From an uncultured Acidaminococcus sp. (GTDB lineage Bacteria; Bacillota; Negativicutes; Acidaminococcales; Acidaminococcaceae), in contig CAJMHI010000001.1 of the NCBI GenBank assembly GCA_905213155.1, positions 11,111 to 75,110 of the forward strand: 64,000 bases of DNA. Reading direction: 5' to 3'. The notes beneath the pieces were generated by a model. That model was not told the origin of the DNA, did no database searches, and saw only the letters and a program-made list of their open reading frames with translations. Of the stretch, positions 59,327 through 64,000 are shown piece after piece. Made by a program: the position numbers and the translations under genes. Numbering within the stretch: the stretch's first letter is position 1; every line of letters begins with the position of its first letter.

Positions 59327-60457
59327 ATGAATAAACAAGCGGCCCTGCTGCTAACACTGCTACTTTCTACGCAGTTAGGACTCACGACGTGGGCAGAATC
59401 CATTCAGGATAAAAAAAATCAGCTGAACCAGGTTCAGCAGCAAATGGAACAAAAAAATGCGCAGCGCCAGGCGAAAACGCGAGAAGTGGGTAATGCAGTA
59501 GAACGCCTGCTCGAGGCCCAGACCGAACTGGCACAGGCCCAAAAGGAGCTGGCGCAAGTGGAACACCAGCAGCAGGCACTTTCTATTGAAATCCGGCAAA
59601 ATGAAGAGGCGCTTGCGGTCAAGCAAAAGGCCTATGAAAAGACCCGCGCCATGTATAAAAAACGCCTGCGGGACATTTATGAAAATGGCCAGATCAATTA
59701 TCTGGACGTGCTGCTAGGCGCAGCAGATTTTCAAGATTTTTCTTCCCGGATGTACCTTTTGCAACGCATCATTCAGCGGGATTTTGCCTTGATTGATAAG
59801 GTGGAAACCCAACGCAAGGCTCTTCTGGCTGAGAAAAGCCGGCTGGATGCCAAGAAACGGGAGTTGGACAATACCCACAAACTCGTAACGCAGAAAAAGC
59901 AGCTGGTGGCAGAAAAGACCAAAGAACGCCAGCGGCTTTATCAGCAGGCATTGGCTGAAAAGGCTCAGCTGGATGCGGAATATGAAGCATTGCAAAGGAG
60001 CAGCGCGCAGATTACTGCCATGATCAAACGGATGGAAGAAGAAGGCAGATTGCAGGCCCGGGCTCACGGCACGGGGCAGCTAAGCTGGCCGCTTTACGGA
60101 CCGATTACTTCTCCTTTTGGTTGGCGGATTCATCCGATTTTTAAATCACGAATTTTCCACTCCGGGGTTGATATCGGTGCGGATTACGGGGAGCCAATCC
60201 ATGCTGCGGATAGCGGGCGAGTGATTTTTGCCGGCTGGATGGGGGGCTATGGCAATGCGGTGATGATTGATCACGGTGGGGGTATGGTGACGCTTTACGG
60301 CCATAATTCTTCTTTTACTGTGGGCGTAGGCCAATCGGTTGCCAAAGGCCAGACCATTGCGTTGGCGGGCAGTACCGGGAATTCAACCGGCCCTCACTGC
60401 CATTTTGAAGTGCGGCTGCATGGGGAAGTAACAAATCCCCTGCGGTATCTGCCATAA
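59327..60457 (+). CDS. Coiled-coil M23 peptidase / EnvC-like
   Basis: Signal peptide, coiled coil, HSGVD, GNSTGPHCHFEV. Confidence 0.92.
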   Translation: MNKQAALLLTLLLSTQLGLTTWAESIQDKKNQLNQVQQQMEQKNAQRQAKTREVGNAVERLLEAQTELAQAQKELAQVEHQQQALSIEIRQNEEALAVKQKAYEKTRAMYKKRLRDIYENGQINYLDVLLGAADFQDFSSRMYLLQRIIQRDFALIDKVETQRKALLAEKSRLDAKKRELDNTHKLVTQKKQLVAEKTKERQRLYQQALAEKAQLDAEYEALQRSSAQITAMIKRMEEEGRLQARAHGTGQLSWPLYGPITSPFGWRIHPIFKSRIFHSGVDIGADYGEPIHAADSGRVIFAGWMGGYGNAVMIDHGGGMVTLYGHNSSFTVGVGQSVAKGQTIALAGSTGNSTGPHCHFEVRLHGEVTNPLRYLP

Positions 60458-60472
60458 AGGAGCGAAAATAGT

Positions 60473-61618
60473 GTGAAAAAAAGGTTTACAATCCTGCATT
60501 TGGCGGGTGCTGTGGTGTTATCCTTTGGGGCTTTTGCCGGAGGAACTTGTCTGCTCTTAAAAAGCTGGGTGGGGAGCCCATGGCCGCTGATGCGCCTGGC
60601 GCAAACGCTGCATCTGATCCAGCAGCATTATGTTGGAAACGTGGACCAGAGTAAGCTCTATGATGGAGCCTTAAAAGGCATGGTAAGCATTTTGGGAGAT
60701 CCTTATTCCAGTTATCTTAACCATGAGGATTTTGTATCCCTGTCAGCAATGACGGAAGGGCACTTCGGTGGCGTTGGCATGGTGATGGGCGTAAAGGACG
60801 GCCAATTTATTGTGGTGGCACCCATTGAAGACACACCAGCGTTTAAAGCGGGAATAAAAGCCGGGGCCGTGCTTACCAAAATTAATGGCAAAGAGCTGAA
60901 AGGACTGAGCCTGGATCAGGTAGTAAAACAAATCCGGGGACAGAATGGAACGCAGGTAGTGCTCACTCTCCAACAGGGAAAAGAAAAGCCTAAAGAGTAC
61001 ACCATCGTGCGCAGTGATATTAAAATAAAATCCGTATACGGTAAAATGGATGACCATGGGATTGGGTACATCCGAATCACCAATTTCAGCGAAGATACAG
61101 CCAAAGATTTTGGAACCGAACTGCAGAAACTGCAGCAAGAAGGGATGAAGGCCCTGGTACTGGACCTTAGGGACAATCCCGGCGGCCTTTTGCAAAGCGG
61201 GGTAGGGGTAGCGCGCTATCTGGTACCGAAAGGGCCCATTGTATCCATAACGGACAAACAAGGCCGCACGGATACGGAAACCTCTACGCTGGAAAAAGTT
61301 GGCTTTCCGCTGGCTGTCCTTGTCAATCATGGCACTGCCAGTGCAGCAGAAATTGTTTCCGGTGCTATCCAGGATACCCACACGGGAAAACTGTTCGGTA
61401 CGAAAACCTATGGCAAAGGTGTCGTACAGAATGTGTATATGTTGGGCAGTGATACGGCGCTCAAGCTGACTATCGCAAATTATTATACGCCCAGCGGCAG
61501 GAACATTGATAAGGTGGGAATTACTCCGGATCAGGTGATAACGGCAGACGATGATGCAGGGAGTAACCAACTGACGGCGGCGGAAGCCTATCTGAAAGAG
61601 CAACTTGGAGCAAAGTAA
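60473..61618 (+). CDS. ctpA: Carboxyl-terminal processing protease (S41)
   Basis: PDZ domain, DLRDNPGG, TASAAE, GKG.VQ, TP.G. Confidence 0.9.
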   Translation: MKKRFTILHLAGAVVLSFGAFAGGTCLLLKSWVGSPWPLMRLAQTLHLIQQHYVGNVDQSKLYDGALKGMVSILGDPYSSYLNHEDFVSLSAMTEGHFGGVGMVMGVKDGQFIVVAPIEDTPAFKAGIKAGAVLTKINGKELKGLSLDQVVKQIRGQNGTQVVLTLQQGKEKPKEYTIVRSDIKIKSVYGKMDDHGIGYIRITNFSEDTAKDFGTELQKLQQEGMKALVLDLRDNPGGLLQSGVGVARYLVPKGPIVSITDKQGRTDTETSTLEKVGFPLAVLVNHGTASAAEIVSGAIQDTHTGKLFGTKTYGKGVVQNVYMLGSDTALKLTIANYYTPSGRNIDKVGITPDQVITADDDAGSNQLTAAEAYLKEQLGAK

Positions 61619-61632
61619 AAAGGAGGCTAGGC

Positions 61633-62976
61633 ATGGATATGGCGATACAATGGGTGCAGCAACTGCAGCTTTTCTTTCAACACCTGGCCCAGGGGCAATT
61701 TGCTGCACTGCTCCCGGGGGAACCTGTGGGAAAACTATTGCTGCTACTGGCAGTACTCTTGTTTTTAGGTTACCGCATCAGAACGTATCAGGTGCGTAAA
61801 GAGCGGCAGTTTAAATACCAGATTAACGGGCTCTTGTCCCATCTATGTACGACCTATGACCAAATGGAAGATGTGGATTGGAAAAACCAGAAAGTACAAC
61901 GGTATACTTTTGCTGATGGAACCATTCACACAGAAAGCCATGAGATCAGTGGCGTGACAGATCTGATTGGCCCCTTGCATCCGGAAGATGCAGGAAAATA
62001 TACCCCTGAATTTATCAAAGGTGCCATTGAAAAAGCCATGAAGACTTGTAGCCAGATCGAATTTACCGCCCGGGAAAAGAAAAATGACGAAGCTTTTGAA
62101 TGGACCAGCTTTTTGTTGCAGGGCATCCGGTCTGGCGCTACCCATGAACGTTCCTGCCTATTGCTCAAACGGAACGTGGATGCTGCACGGGGCGAAGAAA
62201 TGGAACGACGGGCCCAATTATCCCAGGATGCGAATGCAGCCCGGGAAGAGGCGGAGAAGAAGAGCCTGTTTATGGATCAGGTAAGCCAGGATTCCCAGCA
62301 GGCGCTGGAAACACTGCTGGATACCCTGAAAGAGATAGAAATAGAAAAAGAACCGGCCACGCAGAAGCAGTTGTTGCAAAATAGCTCCGGGCAGATCCTC
62401 TACTTGGAAAAAGTAAATAAAGCCATTCATGATTTGTCAGCCCTGGAAAGCGGGGCCCTGCATCCAGTGCAAAAGCAGTTTAATATGGAAAAAACGCTGG
62501 AGCGATGGAATGACACATACCAAAAAGAAGCCGAGAAACGGAAGATTACCTTTAGCTACAGCACTGAACCCATCCTGTATCCTCATGTCATTGGAGATAA
62601 GAAGCGTCTCCAGGTTTTGTTGGATCACTTGCTAAGCAGTGCGTTACTCTTTACTCCCACCGGAGAAAAAATTCAGTGTGGTGTGCGGCAAAAACTGGTT
62701 CGCAGCCATCAGGTTGTGATGGAGTGGACACTGGTTGCTCCGGCGATGCAAGTACCAGAAGAAATGGCAGAAAAAGTATTTTTGCCTTATGGCATGGTCC
62801 AGGCAGTCAGCACAAGTGGCAATGGGGGATTAGGCATTTCTATCATTTATCGTTTAGCGGAACTTTTGGGAGGGAAAATCCAGGTCATCCGCTCCCAGAA
62901 TCGGGGGATGCGTTTTGTCCTGGAACTGCCATATGATTTTGTCAGCGGTATGGATGTCACGGCAGCACAGGCGTAA
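61633..62976 (+). CDS. Degenerate sensor histidine kinase-like protein
   Basis: TM + PAS-like + DHp/HATPase layout (GD.KRL, GGLGISI..RL.ELLGG.I); H, N and G1 boxes altered. Confidence 0.8.
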   Translation: MDMAIQWVQQLQLFFQHLAQGQFAALLPGEPVGKLLLLLAVLLFLGYRIRTYQVRKERQFKYQINGLLSHLCTTYDQMEDVDWKNQKVQRYTFADGTIHTESHEISGVTDLIGPLHPEDAGKYTPEFIKGAIEKAMKTCSQIEFTAREKKNDEAFEWTSFLLQGIRSGATHERSCLLLKRNVDAARGEEMERRAQLSQDANAAREEAEKKSLFMDQVSQDSQQALETLLDTLKEIEIEKEPATQKQLLQNSSGQILYLEKVNKAIHDLSALESGALHPVQKQFNMEKTLERWNDTYQKEAEKRKITFSYSTEPILYPHVIGDKKRLQVLLDHLLSSALLFTPTGEKIQCGVRQKLVRSHQVVMEWTLVAPAMQVPEEMAEKVFLPYGMVQAVSTSGNGGLGISIIYRLAELLGGKIQVIRSQNRGMRFVLELPYDFVSGMDVTAAQA

Positions 62977-63042
62977 GCAAGCTGTATTTTTACTATCAGA
63001 AACGACCTGTCCTGCGAGTAAAAGAAAGTGGGGGTGTGATCT

Positions 63043-64000
63043 ATGGTGAATGAAAAAATGTTCGAACTGGGTTCAAAAAAATCAACCATTCGGACGATTT
63101 TTGAATATGGGCAAAAACGGGCCAGGGAAGTCGGCCCAGAAAATATCTGTGATTTCAGCTTGGGGAATCCAAATGTTCCGGCGCCGGACTATATAAAAGA
63201 AGCAGTACTGGACATTATGAATGAATTGCCACCCCAGGATATCCATAGTTACACGGTAGCGGCCGGAAATCCTGCCGTGCGGGAAACGTTGGCTCAGGAC
63301 ATCAACCGTCGCTTTGGCACTGATTTTACCGCTGGTAACCTGTTTATGGTCAGCGGGGCGGCTGCGGCTATCACCATTTGTTTCAAAGCTTTGGCTGAAC
63401 CGGGGGATGAATTTCTGGTATTTGCCCCATTTTTCCCGGAATATCGTTGCTTTGTGGAAAGTACAGGAGCAACGCTGACAGTGGTCCCTGCTCGTACAGA
63501 AGATTTCCAGATCGACTTTGCCGCTTTTGAAAAAACGCTGACACCGCATACTAAAGGCGTTATTGTCAACTCTCCCAACAACCCCAGCGGCGTGGTATAT
63601 ACCGAAGAAACCATTCAAAAATTAACCAGTCTGCTGGAAACCAAGGAAAAGGAGTATGGACACCCGATCTTTCTGATAAGCGATGAGCCCTACCGGGAAA
63701 TTGTTTATGGGGATATTCAAGTCCCTTATATTCCTTTGTATTATAAAAATACACTGGTCTGTTATTCCTATAGTAAATCTTTTTCCCTGCCCGGGGAGCG
63801 GATTGGATATATAGTGATTCCTGGTGCTGTGACAGATTTTGCTAAAGTCTACGGTGCCATTGCCGGTGCTGCCAGGGTAGAATGCCATGTGAACGCACCC
63901 AGCCTGTGGCAGCTTGTGGTCGCCCGCTGCGCGGGAAAGCCTTCCAACATCAAACCTTATGAGAAAAATGGAAAACTGCTGTATCAAGGCCTAAAAGAAG
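63043..64000 (+). CDS. PLP-dependent aminotransferase class I/II (3' truncated by window)
   Basis: MVNEKMFELGSKKSTIR..FE, DFSLGNP, NSPNNPSG, SDEPYRE, SYSKSFSLPGERIG. Confidence 0.93.
   Translation, partial: MVNEKMFELGSKKSTIRTIFEYGQKRAREVGPENICDFSLGNPNVPAPDYIKEAVLDIMNELPPQDIHSYTVAAGNPAVRETLAQDINRRFGTDFTAGNLFMVSGAAAAITICFKALAEPGDEFLVFAPFFPEYRCFVESTGATLTVVPARTEDFQIDFAAFEKTLTPHTKGVIVNSPNNPSGVVYTEETIQKLTSLLETKEKEYGHPIFLISDEPYREIVYGDIQVPYIPLYYKNTLVCYSYSKSFSLPGERIGYIVIPGAVTDFAKVYGAIAGAARVECHVNAPSLWQLVVARCAGKPSNIKPYEKNGKLLYQGLKE

Noticed and set aside
63064..63074. GAAC-TGG-GTTC as an SOS box
   Set aside because: Spacer is 3 nt, not 4, and it lies inside a CDS.

Overview
Chromosomal window from a diderm Firmicute (Negativicutes, probably Acidaminococcus-like): it has PolC, an OmpA barrel, an autotransporter, CsaB and GltS. 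It is mostly housekeeping: polC end, greA-lysS, a folate cluster, lexA, ABC/TTT/SSS/GltS transporters, pgm, miaB-mutS-mutL-miaA-xerD, hpf-secA-prfB and ftsEX-M23-ctpA. I saw no rRNA, tRNA, CRISPR array, IS element or prophage. The most unusual feature is an orphan ~0.8 kb minus-strand cassette at 32887-33702. Two perfect SOS boxes (GAAC-N4-GTTC) sit at a sigma-A promoter that drives a phage-type replication initiator cut down to its N-terminal DNA-binding domain. Non-coding 21-bp iterons, a 14-unit GGTTA-type pentamer array, a nested stem-loop and a terminator follow, with no phage genes nearby. Other notable items: a probable secreted 7(1)-knotted protein, a CExxHGH PTPS-I/III in a folate cluster with no folB, an autotransporter split by one in-frame TAA, LysRS fused to a tRNA-binding domain, a pseudo-histidine kinase, SecA without its zinc tail, and prfB without a frameshift. 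All family calls come from motif recognition; no searches were run.
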